DNA of 64,000 bases from Thermoanaerobaculia bacterium (GTDB lineage Bacteria; Acidobacteriota; Thermoanaerobaculia; Multivoradales; JAGPDF01). The position numbers were made by a program, and so were the translations under genes. The stretch lies in assembly GCA_963788175.1 (NCBI GenBank), contig CAWBFZ010000001.1, positions 323,880 through 387,879 on the forward strand, written 5' to 3'. Below are positions 37,793 through 47,967 of this stretch, piece after piece. The number at the start of each line of letters is the position of its first letter. Positions within the stretch are counted from its first letter, which is position 1. The notes beneath the pieces were generated by a model that was not told where the DNA came from, ran no database searches, and was given only the letters and a program-made list of their open reading frames with translations.

Positions 37793-38211
37793 CCGTTCCC
37801 GTCGCGCGTCGGTGAGGAGAAGAGCGCCCTACCGAACCAGACCGCGAATAGGCCGTACAGACAGGTCAGAGCGACCACGCCGGGCTGACGCTCTCCGCCG
37901 GCGACGCCGCGGGCGAGGGCGAGACCGGCGCTGAGGAAGTGGAGGAGATTGCCGAGCACGATCGGCCGATTGTAGATCCCCCCTATGGCCATGTCGCGAA
38001 CCGACCAGTTGAGCATGGCGAAGCCGAGGTAGAGGCCGCCAGCAACCTGGACCAGGAGGACCGCGCGGCCACCGGATCCGCCCCCTGCCCGCGCGACGAT
38101 CTCCTGCGGGAGAAAGGTCGCCGCCAGGCCCAGGGCGCCCAGGGCGGCGGCACTCAGGCTCATCATCCATTTTGTCCGCATGGCTTCCGATCCGCGCTCG
38201 AGTGTGGTCAT
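37789..38211 (-). CDS. hypothetical 4-TM membrane protein
   Basis: 140-aa hydrophobic ORF translationally coupled to the downstream small membrane protein. I recognise no family. Confidence 0.5.
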   Translation of the reverse strand: MTTLERGSEAMRTKWMMSLSAAALGALGLAATFLPQEIVARAGGGSGGRAVLLVQVAGGLYLGFAMLNWSVRDMAIGGIYNRPIVLGNLLHFLSAGLALARGVAGGERQPGVVALTCLYGLFAVWFGRALFSSPTRDGNG

Positions 38212-38393
38212 TCATTCTATCTGCCGAAGTCGCCGTTGGAGCGCTCGCGACTTCGATACGATTTCAGGATGGGCGCCGAGCGACTGGCCGACCGGGCTCC
38301 GTCGGGCGTCTCTCCGGCCCTTCCTGTCACCTTCCATCCCGCGCGGCTGCCCTTGCGCCGTGGCGCGCGTCTCCTGAAGGCCGCGCGATCCCG

Positions 38394-39386
38394 TTGAGCG
38401 CCGGGCCTCTACCTGTCCCGGCGCCTGCCGGCTGGCGATATCGGCCGCTGCTGGCCTGGACGGCACTTCTGCTCGGAGGCCTCTTCCTGGCCTCGCTGGC
38501 GGCGCCGTTCATCTACGCTGCGTTGCTGGAGCTGCTTCCCGGCGCGCGCTGGCCGTTCTCGCGCATCTTCAATCGCACCGCGATGGTCACCGCGGCGCTG
38601 CTGGTCTTTGTGATGCGCCGACCGCTCGGATGGGGTGCCCTGCCGGCGCTCCTCGCCGGGCGCAGCGCCGGACGACGGTTCGGCCAGGTCGTCGCCGGCT
38701 TGGGGGCGGCCCTCGTCGGAGTGGCGATCGCGACCGGTGCCGCCTGCGCTCTCGGCCAGCTCGGTCCGGCCGCTTCGCCGTACGATTTCCTCGCCGGACG
38801 AACGGCGAACGCGTTCATCGGTGCGCTCGCCGTCGGGCTCATCGAGGAGACGTTCTTCCGCGGGGTGATGCTGGTCTCGCTCGCCTCGGCGCTCGGCTTT
38901 CCGGTCGCGGCGATCGCCAGCAGCGGCGCCTATGCGCTGGTTCACCTGCTGGTGTCCGATCCGACCCTCGGCCGCCAGGGTTACTCCCTCGGCGCCGGGT
39001 TCGCCTATCTTGGCCACGCCGTGGGCCGGCAGCTCGAACCGGCGTCGCTCCTGCCGCTCTTCGGGATCTTTCTCTGCGGTCTCGTGCTGGCGGTCGTCGT
39101 GCGGCGCAGCGGAGCGCTCTGGCTCGCCATCGGACTGCACGCCGGCTGGGCCTTCGCGTTTCAGGTGCTGCGCCACGCCACGCGACCGCTGGCCGAGATC
39201 CCCGGGCACTCCTTTCTCGCCACTCACCACTACCTCGTCGGCACGGTCTGGGCCTGGGGCGGTGTGATCCTCTCCGGAGCACTGGCGCTCGGCTGGGTCT
39301 CCCTGGTCAGGCTGGATCGAGCCGCCAGCGGCGAGCAGGGGCGGGTCGGCGACGACCGGCGACGGCGGTCTACTCCGGCCGGATGA
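38394..39386 (+). CDS. CPBP family intramembrane glutamic endopeptidase (CAAX protease-like)
   Basis: Polytopic, with LIEETFFRG (EExxxR), YALVHLL and HAGWAF motifs. The start is uncertain; I chose an in-frame TTG at 38394 because the track start at 38172 overlaps the divergent gene. Confidence 0.65.
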   Translation: MSAGPLPVPAPAGWRYRPLLAWTALLLGGLFLASLAAPFIYAALLELLPGARWPFSRIFNRTAMVTAALLVFVMRRPLGWGALPALLAGRSAGRRFGQVVAGLGAALVGVAIATGAACALGQLGPAASPYDFLAGRTANAFIGALAVGLIEETFFRGVMLVSLASALGFPVAAIASSGAYALVHLLVSDPTLGRQGYSLGAGFAYLGHAVGRQLEPASLLPLFGIFLCGLVLAVVVRRSGALWLAIGLHAGWAFAFQVLRHATRPLAEIPGHSFLATHHYLVGTVWAWGGVILSGALALGWVSLVRLDRAASGEQGRVGDDRRRRSTPAG

Positions 39387-40521
39387 CGACCTTGAGCGCT
39401 TGCCGGTCCATCATCGCGCGCAGCGCCCCTTCGACGTTCTCCAGAGTGTCTTCGAAGGAGAGCAGGAGCCGGTAGTCGGACTGCGCCTCGGAGAGCCGGT
39501 CGATGGCGGTCCGGAAGCTGCGCGGGGTGTGGTGGTAGCTCCCCAGCAGCGAAAGCTCGTCGTAGTGAATGGGAAAGGTCGATAGGTCGATGCGGTCGGC
39601 CGGAGCGCAGCCGCCGAAGAAGAGCGTCTTGCCGCCGGGCATTGTCGCGGCGAGTGCCGTCGACCAGCCGGTCACAGTGCCGGTGGCATCGATGGCGATC
39701 TCGAAATCGCGGTCGATCGAGGAGTACTCGTCACTCCAGGAGCGCTCGATGTGAATCGTCGCCGCGGCGCCGAGTCGGCGTGCAATCTCGAGACGCACGG
39801 CGTGAGGATCCGCGGCGGTGACGCGGTGCCCCTGCTCGGAGAGCGCCGCGACGAAGAGCTGCCCCAGCGGACCGGCGCCCTGGACCAGGACCGCCCGCGC
39901 CGCCGTCGCAGCGCCATGCCGGCGATCGAGCCCCAGACGGACCAGGCCGTGCTCGACGCAGGCGAGCGGCTCCGCCAGCGCAGCGATCTCCGGCGCGAGG
40001 CCGGCCGGGCGCAGGTAGGTCGAGCGCTGGACGAAAGGCGCCGGCACGAGCAGGTAGTCGGCGTAGGCGCCGTTCAGATAGACAAGCTCCCGGCAGAGGT
40101 TCTCGCGGCCGTCGCAGCAGGCTGGGCAGCGGCCGCAGGAGGCGGAATTCGCCACCACGACGGCGTCTCCCTCGCGGAAGCGGACCGCGCCGTGCTGGGA
40201 GCCCCGGGGACTGCCCACCGCCACCACCCGGCCGGTCATCTCGTGCCCGAACGGCCCGGGGACCTCGAGCATGCGTGGGTGGCCGCCGCGGCGAAAGACC
40301 TTGAGATCGGTGCCGCAGGTCGTGGCGGCTTCGATCGCCACCAGCAACTCTCCCGCGCCGGGCCTGGGGACCTCCACTTCGCGCAACTCGATCTCCTCGG
40401 GCGCGACGAGGAAGACCGCACGCGCCCGGCCGGGCAGCGCCGCGAGGTCTCCTCCGCCGCGGGCCGTGGCAGCGGCTTCGGCAACGCCGACGCTGCCGCC
40501 GGCGCAACGCGACGCTGTCAT
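39370..40521 (-). CDS. zinc-dependent alcohol dehydrogenase family protein (MDR superfamily)
   Basis: GHEMTGRVVAVG, structural-zinc Cys cluster CGRCPACCDGRENLC, and Rossmann VLVQGAGPLG. The ATG overlaps the upstream stop (ATGA). Confidence 0.8.
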   Translation of the reverse strand: MTASRCAGGSVGVAEAAATARGGGDLAALPGRARAVFLVAPEEIELREVEVPRPGAGELLVAIEAATTCGTDLKVFRRGGHPRMLEVPGPFGHEMTGRVVAVGSPRGSQHGAVRFREGDAVVVANSASCGRCPACCDGRENLCRELVYLNGAYADYLLVPAPFVQRSTYLRPAGLAPEIAALAEPLACVEHGLVRLGLDRRHGAATAARAVLVQGAGPLGQLFVAALSEQGHRVTAADPHAVRLEIARRLGAAATIHIERSWSDEYSSIDRDFEIAIDATGTVTGWSTALAATMPGGKTLFFGGCAPADRIDLSTFPIHYDELSLLGSYHHTPRSFRTAIDRLSEAQSDYRLLLSFEDTLENVEGALRAMMDRQALKVVIRPE

Positions 40522-41586
40522 GGGTAGAAGGCTACCTTGAGCGCCTGCTGTTGGCGGGCGAGGGCGAGGCCGGTCGCGAATTCAGCGAGCGGCAGTCGGT
40601 GGCTCACCAGACTCGCGGGGCGGAGCCTGCCGTTGCACAGGAGCTCCCAGATGGCAGCCTGCTCCGGGAGTCCCCCGGAGTAGGCGCCCACCAGGCGCTT
40701 CTCGTACTTGAAGAGATCGTTGAGCGGGAAGCCTGCAGCCTCTCCCGCCCGGCCATGGGCGAAGAGCACGGCCGTTCCTCCTGGCCGGAGTGCGGCCAGA
40801 GCAGCCTGCGGTGAGGGCGCTGCCGCCGACACAGTCGAAGACCGCGTCGGCGCCTCGCCCATCCTGACTGCCGCTGCGCGCGGCGGCGAGGAGCTCCGCG
40901 CCGGGCAGGGTCGCTACGTCGGCTCCGAGCTCGATCGCGAGCCGCCGGCGGTCTTCGCGCGGGTCGACCACTACGATGTGGACCTCCGCGCCGAGGGCGC
41001 GCAGCACGAGGAGGTGGAGGAGGCCCATGCTGCCGCCGCCGAGGATCGCGGCCACCCGCCGCTGGCGCCGGCCCGCGCTGCCTGGGGTCGAGCCGACCGG
41101 CGTGAGGACGGGGCTCTTGCCCAGGCTCCTGAGGACGCAGGCCGCCGGCTCGAGAAAGATCGCGTCGAGATCCTCCAGACTGTCCGGAATCCGGCGCGCG
41201 GTCGTGGCGAGGGCGCGTGCCCGGACCAGTATCCGGCCCGCGAAGCCGCCGGGTTCGAGGAGATTCTCGCGGAATGCCGCGCATTGAGTCTCCGCGCCGC
41301 TGGCGCAGTCGAAGCAGTAGCCGCAGGAGGCATGATGGGGAACGACCACCCGGTCGCAGGGCGCGAAACCGGTGACTCCCGCGCCGATCGTGAGCACTTC
41401 GCCCACGACTTCGTGTCCGAGCACCGTACCGGCCGGAGCCGCGCCGGTCGCCAGCTTGAAGAGATCGGTGCCGCAGAGTCCGCTCCACCGCAGGCGCAGG
41501 ACGAGCTCGCCGGGGCCCGGAACCGGAGCGGGTCGTTCGCCGAACCGCGGCTCGCCGTGCTCATCGATCGTGACGACGTCCATCAC
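40518..41586 (-). pseudogene. zinc-dependent alcohol dehydrogenase family protein, +1 frame break near 40815-40822
   Basis: N-terminal 250 aa (GHEVVGEVLTIG, CGYCFDCASGAETQC, ILGGGSMGLL) from ORF 40582..41586. The C-terminal ..AALAALRPGGTAVLFA..SHRLPLAEF.. lies in ORF 40518..40862. Confidence 0.75.
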
Positions 41587-41604
41587 GGGGTATCATTCCA
41601 CCAG

Positions 41605-42410
41605 ATGGAACGCCGTATCCACCGCCGGTTCGCCCGGCGCATCGAGTTGCGCTACTGGCGCCCTGGCGAGACCCAGGGGCACACGGCGTACACCACCAAC
41701 ATTTCGAAAAGCGGACTGTTCCTGAGCAGCGCCACCGCGCTCGCTCCCGGGGAGCGTCTGCGACTCGAGATCGTCGACCGCGAGAGTGGGTTTTTCGCCG
41801 AGGGACGGGTGGCGCGGGTGCATCGCGTGTCGCTCGCCCTGCGCCAGGTCGAGCAGCAGGGGGTGGGAGTGCGGTTCCTGCTGCCCGAGGAGCTGGTCGA
41901 GAATCTCGTGCCGCTCGCCCGCCAGTCCGGCCCAGCCACCCAGGGAGGAAGACCGCACCAGGCGGAACCGCCCGGAGCCTCCGGCGATGGCTCGCCGGAG
42001 GCGCTGGCGGAAGTGGCCGCCGGCCAAGGATCCGACGGCGCGCCGGGCGGCGATCTGCCGCTGGAGCGCGAGCCGGCGATGGACATCGCTCGCGACCGGA
42101 TCGTACCGATCAGCTTCGCCGATCCGTCGGCCTTCCTCTCGACCTACCACCGTGACATCAGCGCCGGCGGCCTGTTCGTGTCGACGCCGACCCCGATGGC
42201 GCTGCAGGCGGACGATCTGGATCGAGATGCAGCTGCCGATTCCCGGCGAGCGGCCGCGGCTCTTTGCGGCGCGGGTCGTCCAGCGCTTCGAGCCGCAGGC
42301 CGCGGTGGGTCCCGGCAGGAACTACCTGTCGGGCATGGCGGTCCAGTTCATCGAGCCCGGAAAAGGTTCTCGCCGAGCTCAAGCCGCTGCTCGCTGTCCT
42401 GAGGAGATAA
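41605..42410 (+). pseudogene. tandem PilZ-domain protein, two +1 frame breaks (near 42208-42216 and in GGAAAAGG at 42357-42365)
   Basis: First PilZ: RRIHRRF..TTNISKSGLFL..GVGVRF. Second PilZ: ..RDISAGGLFVSTP.. continues in the next frame as IWIEMQLPIPGE..GMAVQF. The tail KVLAELKPLLAVLRR-stop is in the third frame. Confidence 0.65.
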
Positions 42411-42461
42411 GCTGGCGGCCGAGGCGGTCGCACAGACCGCCGACCGAAGAGGAGAGTCCGA

Positions 42462-42899
42462 ATGCCCTATAGCCCGTTGCTGATCCGGCCGATGCGCGAA
42501 GAGCTCACGAGTGCCGGTTTTTCCGAACTGACGACCGCGGAGGCGGTGGACCGCCTGCTCGACGAGACTCAGGGGACGACGCTGGTGGTGGTGAACTCCG
42601 TCTGCGGCTGCGCCGCCGGCGGAGCCCGGCCGGGCGCGCGCCTGGCGATCCAGGAGTCGCCGCGACCCGACCGCCTCGCCACGGTCTTCGCCGGCCAGGA
42701 TCTCGATGCCACGGCGCGCGTGCGCGCGCGCTTTGGCGATATTCCGCCCTCGTCGCCGTCGATGGGCCTGTTCAAGGACGGCGAGCTCGTCTGGTTCCTG
42801 CCGCGTCACCGGATCGAAGGTCGCGATGCGCTGGCGGTGGCGGCTGACCTGCGGACTGCGTTCGCGGCCCACTGCGCGCCCGTTGCGGTCGCGAGCTGA
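42462..42899 (+). CDS. BrxA/BrxB-family bacilliredoxin (YphP/YqiW, DUF1094)
   Basis: 145 aa with MREELT..GF.EL.T, redox motif VVVNSVCGCAAG, and ..SSPSMGLFKDGELV. Confidence 0.8.
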   Translation: MPYSPLLIRPMREELTSAGFSELTTAEAVDRLLDETQGTTLVVVNSVCGCAAGGARPGARLAIQESPRPDRLATVFAGQDLDATARVRARFGDIPPSSPSMGLFKDGELVWFLPRHRIEGRDALAVAADLRTAFAAHCAPVAVAS

Positions 42900-42947
42900 G
42901 CCGCTGGCGACACGGCGAAGAGCCCACGGATACCGACCGACGCGATC

Positions 42948-43229
42948 ATGGGGACTTTTCACCACGACAAGCACGAGCTGCACGGCATCACCGTCATTGT
43001 CGAGACCAGCGCAAGCGAGGTCTTCATCGGGCGGTGTGACGACATCGTCGCGCAGGGCGTCATCCTGCGCGACGCCGACGTCCATCGCGAAGGCGATCCG
43101 GCATCGGTGGGGAAGAGTCGCGCCGAGTTCCTCGATCACGCCCGGCGCTTCGGCGTCTGGCCGAATCTGAAGCACATTCTCGTCCCGGCAGACCGCGTGC
43201 GCGAGATCCGCCGCCTCGGCGAGATCTGA
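42948..43229 (+). CDS. hypothetical small protein
   Basis: 93-aa ORF with balanced composition, sitting between well-supported genes. I recognise no family. Confidence 0.45.
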   Translation: MGTFHHDKHELHGITVIVETSASEVFIGRCDDIVAQGVILRDADVHREGDPASVGKSRAEFLDHARRFGVWPNLKHILVPADRVREIRRLGEI

Positions 43230-43254
43230 GAGTCCCTCGACAGGAGTCCGAATC

Positions 43255-44883
43255 ATGAACGGAATCGTCCGCGTCCCTGCGCCGGTCAACGAACCGGTGC
43301 ATTCCTACGCCCCGGGTTCCCCGGAGCGCGCCTCGCTCAAGCGTCGCCTGGCGGAGATGCAGGGTGAGGAGATCGAGATTCCGTTGTTCATCGGCGGGCA
43401 GCCGGTGCGGACCGGCAAGGTCGGACGCACCGTTTCGCCGCACGACCACGCCCACACCCTGGCGACCTACCATCAGGCCGGCCGGAAAGAGGTCGAGCAG
43501 GCGATCGCCGCCGCCGCCGCGGCCTGGAGGGAGTGGTCCGAGACCTCCTGGGAGGCGCGCGCTGCAGTGCTGCTCAAGGCGGCCGACCTTCTGGCCGGCC
43601 CATGGCGCGACACGGTCAACGCCGCCACCATGCTCGGCCAGTCGAAGACCGTCTTCCAGGCCGAGATCGACTCCGCCTGCGAGCTCATCGACTTCTGGCG
43701 TTTCAACGCCCACTATGCGCAGGAGATCTACGCCCATCAACCGGTCTCGTCGCGCGGCGTCTGGAACATGGTCGACTACCGCCCGCTCGAGGGCTTCGTC
43801 TTCGCGGTGACGCCGTTCAACTTCACCGCCATCGGCGGAAATCTCTCGACCTCGCCGGCGCTCATGGGCAACACCGTGCTGTGGAAACCGGCGTCGACTT
43901 CGATGCTGTCGAACCACTACATTCTGCAGATTCTGATCGAGGCCGGGATGCCGCCGGGGGTGGTGAACTTCATCCCCGGCCGCGGCGCCGACGTCGGCGA
44001 TCCGGTCTTTGCGAGCGCCGCCTTCGCCGGGCTGCACTTCACCGGCTCGACCGACACCTTCCATGGCATGTGGAACACGATCGCGACCAACCTGCCGCAG
44101 TACAAGTCGTATCCGAGGATCGTCGGCGAAACCGGCGGCAAGGACTTCGTCTTCGCCCATCCTTCGGCCGATGTCGAGGCGCTCGCCGTGGCTCTGGTGC
44201 GCGGCTCATTCGAGTACCAGGGGCAGAAGTGTTCGGCGGCATCCCGGGGCTACATCCCGAAGTCGCTCTGGCCGGCGGTCAAGGAGCGCGTCGTCGCCGA
44301 AGTGGAAGCGATCCGCATGGGCTCTCCGCTCGACTTCCGCAACTTCATGGCGGCGGTCATCGACGAGAAATCGTACGACAACACGATGGGCTACATCGAC
44401 TTCGCCCGCCGGTCGAACGAGGCGCAGATCGTCGTCGGCGGCAGCGGCGACAAGGCGACCGGCTACTTCGTCGAGCCGACCGTCGTGCTGACCTCGAACC
44501 CGCACTTCAAGCTGATGGAAGAGGAGATCTTCGCTCCGGTGCTCACCCTCTTCGTCTACGACGACCGTGACTTCGAGGCGACGATGGCGCTCTGCGACAC
44601 GACCAGTCCGTACGCGCTCACGGGTGCGATCTTCGCCCGCGACCGCGCGGTCATCCAGCGGATGGCGACTGCGCTCAGGCACGCGGCCGGGAACTTCTAC
44701 ATCAACGACAAGCCGACCGGCGCGGTCGTCGGCCAGCAGCCGTTCGGCGGCGCGCGGGCCTCCGGGACCAACGACAAGGCCGGAGCGGCCGCCAACCTGA
44801 TGCGCTGGACCTCGATGCGGACGATGAAAGAGACCTTCGTCTCGCCGCGCGAGGTCGCCTACCCTCACATGGCGGAGGAGTAG
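43255..44883 (+). CDS. pruA: L-glutamate gamma-semialdehyde (1-pyrroline-5-carboxylate) dehydrogenase
   Basis: 542-aa full-length aldehyde dehydrogenase fold with the PruA-type N-terminus (..PVNEPVHSYAPGSPER..L), catalytic ..GETGGKDF.. and ..YQGQKCSAASR. Confidence 0.9.
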   Translation: MNGIVRVPAPVNEPVHSYAPGSPERASLKRRLAEMQGEEIEIPLFIGGQPVRTGKVGRTVSPHDHAHTLATYHQAGRKEVEQAIAAAAAAWREWSETSWEARAAVLLKAADLLAGPWRDTVNAATMLGQSKTVFQAEIDSACELIDFWRFNAHYAQEIYAHQPVSSRGVWNMVDYRPLEGFVFAVTPFNFTAIGGNLSTSPALMGNTVLWKPASTSMLSNHYILQILIEAGMPPGVVNFIPGRGADVGDPVFASAAFAGLHFTGSTDTFHGMWNTIATNLPQYKSYPRIVGETGGKDFVFAHPSADVEALAVALVRGSFEYQGQKCSAASRGYIPKSLWPAVKERVVAEVEAIRMGSPLDFRNFMAAVIDEKSYDNTMGYIDFARRSNEAQIVVGGSGDKATGYFVEPTVVLTSNPHFKLMEEEIFAPVLTLFVYDDRDFEATMALCDTTSPYALTGAIFARDRAVIQRMATALRHAAGNFYINDKPTGAVVGQQPFGGARASGTNDKAGAAANLMRWTSMRTMKETFVSPREVAYPHMAEE

Positions 44884-44902
44884 GCCCGAGCGATGCGATC
44901 GC

Positions 44903-45680
44903 ATGCGGCGCCGCGATCGCCTTCGTCGCCGCCCTGGCCGGCGCGCTGCTCGGCGCGCCCGACGGACTGCGAAGCCCGGTCGTCGGAGCCGCCACCGGCG
45001 ATTCGCATGCGCGCTCCGGTGGCGCTCACTTCGCCGCTCGCCACGCGCGCCGCTGCGTGCCGGGGAGACGATCGTGCTCGCCTGGGAGCCGCTGCCCGAG
45101 CTCGAACGGCACACCGGAATCGAAGAATGGGAGGCGTTTCTCTCGCTCGATGACGGCGAGCGCTATCCCGTCCGCCTGACCCCCCATCTCGATCTCGAGC
45201 CGGCGGAGCTTCGCGGTCACGCTGCCGCAGTTCGCCGCATCGCGGGCGCGGCTCTTGCTGCGATTCGGCGACGAGGAGCAGGAGTTCGAGTACGAAGTGC
45301 CCGGCGACTTCGAGATCCGACCCGCGCTGCAGGCGAACCCCGAGCCCGCCAGCCTGGCCCGCGGTCGCGGCGAAACGGCGCGGCCGGAGGACCCGGACGA
45401 TCCGGGCGTCGCGATCTGGGTCGAGGGGACTCGCGAGGGCAAATCCGCACGTACCGTGGTCGCGGCGCGCAGCGAGGCCGGGGTCGAAGCGGTCGAGCCT
45501 GCGGGCCGCTTCGGACTCCGCGCCGCGACCGCCGCTCCCGCGTCGCCGCAGCTCACTGCGGCCGAGCCTTCCACCCATCCCTTTACCGGTCTTTTCGTTC
45601 CGCACTCCACGGCTTTTGCAGCGACACCGCGCAGCGCCGCGATCGAGCCCCGCCGCAGTACCTGCCGCCAGAACGAGTGA
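44903..45680 (+). pseudogene. hypothetical secreted protein, reading frame apparently broken several times
   Basis: Based on composition only. A signal-peptide-like AIAFVAALAGALLGAP, then ..ETIVLAWEPLPELERHTGIEEWEAFLSLDDGERYPVRLTPHLDL.., then ..LLLRFGDEEQEFEYEVPGDFEIRPA.. lie in successive frames. No homolog recognised. Confidence 0.4.
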
Positions 45681-45778
45681 GGCCGGGCGCACGCGAGGTG
45701 CGCCCGCAGCCGAGTTCGTGCGGACCCCGCCCGGCGGGTCCGTGTCCAGTCCCGTGCCATCTGGAGCAGGAGAGAGTC

Positions 45779-47967
45779 ATGTTCAGACGTTTTTCGCATT
45801 CTCGTTGCCTGTTCGCCGCCAGCGCGTTCGCTTCCGGGCCGCTGCTGGCCGCGTTCGAAGTCCGTCTGGTCGAGCCCGGTGGCGCTGCCGCCGCCGCATT
45901 ACTCGGTCTCGGTCGTCGGGCCAACCGGTGACCGTCGTCACCGACGCCGACGGGCGCCTGACGCTCGATCCATCGCCGGCCTTGCCTTTCGCCCTCGTCG
46001 CGACCTCCCCCGGCGGCGAGACCTCGGCGCCGTTCGAAGTCGCCGACCTCGGGATCGGAGAGATCACCCTGCCGGAAGTCCTGCGCGAGAGCGTCACCGT
46101 GGTCTCGGGCGTGGCGCCGTCGCTCGACCTGCTGCCGGGGAGCGTCGCGACTGTGTTGACGCGCGAGGAGCTCGAGCAGCGCGCGCCGCAGCGCCTCTAC
46201 CAGGCGCTCGAATCGATCGCCGGCGCCTCCAAGCTCGGCGACGGCGCGGACTCGGTGCCGGTGCTGCGCAATCTCGGGCGCGGACGGACCCTCATCCTGA
46301 TCGACGGTGCGCGCGTCACCACCGAGCGCCGGGCGGGCCCGTCGGCGACCTTCGTCGATCCGTCGAGCCTCGGCTCGGTCGAGGTCGTGCGCGGGCCCGG
46401 CTCGGTGGTCTACGGCTCCGACGCCTTCGGCGGAGTCGTGAACTCCGTGACCCGCGACCCGGAGCCCGACCGCATGCACCTCGCCTACGGTGCCGAGGGC
46501 TCATTCGAGTCGGCGGACGAAATCTCCGGATTCGCCGCCGGTTCGGCGCCGGTGGGGGATGGAGCGGTGCTGCTCGAGGGCCACTACCGCGACGCCGGCG
46601 AGTACGCCTCCGGAGGCGGTGACGAGATCTTCAACTCCGGCTACACCTCGTTCGGCGGCGCTGCGCGCTATGTCGTGCCGGCGGGGAACGGCCGCCTGCG
46701 CTTCGGCCTGAGCGTCGACCGGGTCGAAGACTTGGGCAAAGCGGCGATCGACTCGCAGCAGATCCGCGCCTACTACCCCAACGAGGACTCGGACCGGTTC
46801 ACCGCCTCCTGGCTGGGCTCGGCGGGGGCGTGGGACGCCGTCGAAGCGAGCGCCTTCTACGGCGCCTACGACGTCGTCCTCGATCGCGACCGCGCGCCGT
46901 CGGCGACCTCGAATCGCCGCATCGACCGCGCCGACACCCGCGCCAAGGACGGTTCGGCGCGCTTCGTCGCCGGGCGCGAGCTCGGCGGCGGACGATTCCA
47001 GGCCGGGCTCGACGTCGTGTCGCGCCTCGCGCTCGAGTCAGTCTTCTCGCAGATCCGCTACGCTGCAGACGGGACGACGATCCAGCGAACCGACTTCTTC
47101 CCCGCCATCGACGACGCGAGCCAGCTCGACGGCGGCCTCTTCGCGACCTGGACGAAGCCGCTCGGCGAGCGTATCTCTCTCGGCCTCGGGGCGCGCGGAG
47201 ACTACGTCGAGAGCGTGAACAACGGCGGCTACTTCGGCGACCGGTCGAGCACCGCAACGGCGTTCTCGGGCAACGCCGCGCTGTCGTTCGGGCCCTTCGC
47301 CGGCTGGACGACGACGGCCCAGGCGGCCCGCGGCTTCCGCTCGCCGACGCTCTCGGATCGCTACTTCCGCGGACCCTCCGGGCGCGGCTTCGTCGTCGGC
47401 AATCCCGATCTCGAGGAGGAGAAGAGCCTGCAGTTCGACCTCGGTACGCGCTGGCGCCAGGGTCCGACGGCCTTCGGTCTGTTCGTCTACCGCTACCGGA
47501 TCGACGATCTCATCGAACGCTACAGCGTCGGCGACAACTTCCACTTCCGCAATCGCGGGCAGGCGACGATCGAGGGCGTCGAGGCCGAGCTGCAGCTCGC
47601 CGTCACCGAGGGCTGGAGCGTCGAGGCCGGTCTTGCGGTTTCCGCCGGCGGCACCGACGGCGGAGCGGAGATCGACGACATCGCGCCGCCCAACGGCTGG
47701 GTGACCCTGCGCTACTCGTTCGGCCGCGCCTTCGCCTTCGGGCGCGTCGCGACGTTTCTGGAGAAGGACGATCCCGGCCCGACGGAGCTCGGGCGACCGG
47801 GCTACACCCTGTTCGATCTCGGCGGCGGCTTCCGTTTGAGCGAGGCGATCGAGCTGCGCTGCCTGGTCCGCAACCTCGCCGACAAGCGCTACTACGGCTC
47901 GCCCGACAATGCCGCCGACCTCGCCACCGGCAGGATCGTCTCGCTGGCGCTCTCCGGCCGGGTCTAG
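45779..47967 (+). pseudogene. TonB-dependent receptor, N-terminal frame disruption (net +2 between 45877 and 45925)
   Basis: RBS GGAGCAGGAGAG plus ATG 45779 gives the signal peptide MFRRFSHSRCLFAASAFASGPLLA in one frame. The plug (..VTVVSG..TVLTREELEQR.., LIDGARV, VEVVRGPGSVVYGSDAFGGVVN) and the barrel ending ..LALSGRV are in another frame. Confidence 0.8.

Noticed and set aside
38172-38393. Longer N-terminus for the CPBP protease (track start 38172, or the ATG at 38269 in another frame)
   Set aside because: The 38172 start overlaps the divergent 4-TM gene and encodes an Arg/Ser/Pro-rich segment. The 38269 ATG is in a frame that would need a -1 change, unlike the pattern elsewhere. An in-frame TTG at 38394 just before the first TM helix is the simplest model, though still uncertain.
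47964-47967. Overlapping convergent stop codons sharing the palindrome CTAG (TonB receptor and APC permease)
   Set aside because: It is real in the sequence but a trivial consequence of TAG being read on both strands within CTAG. No functional implication can be supported.
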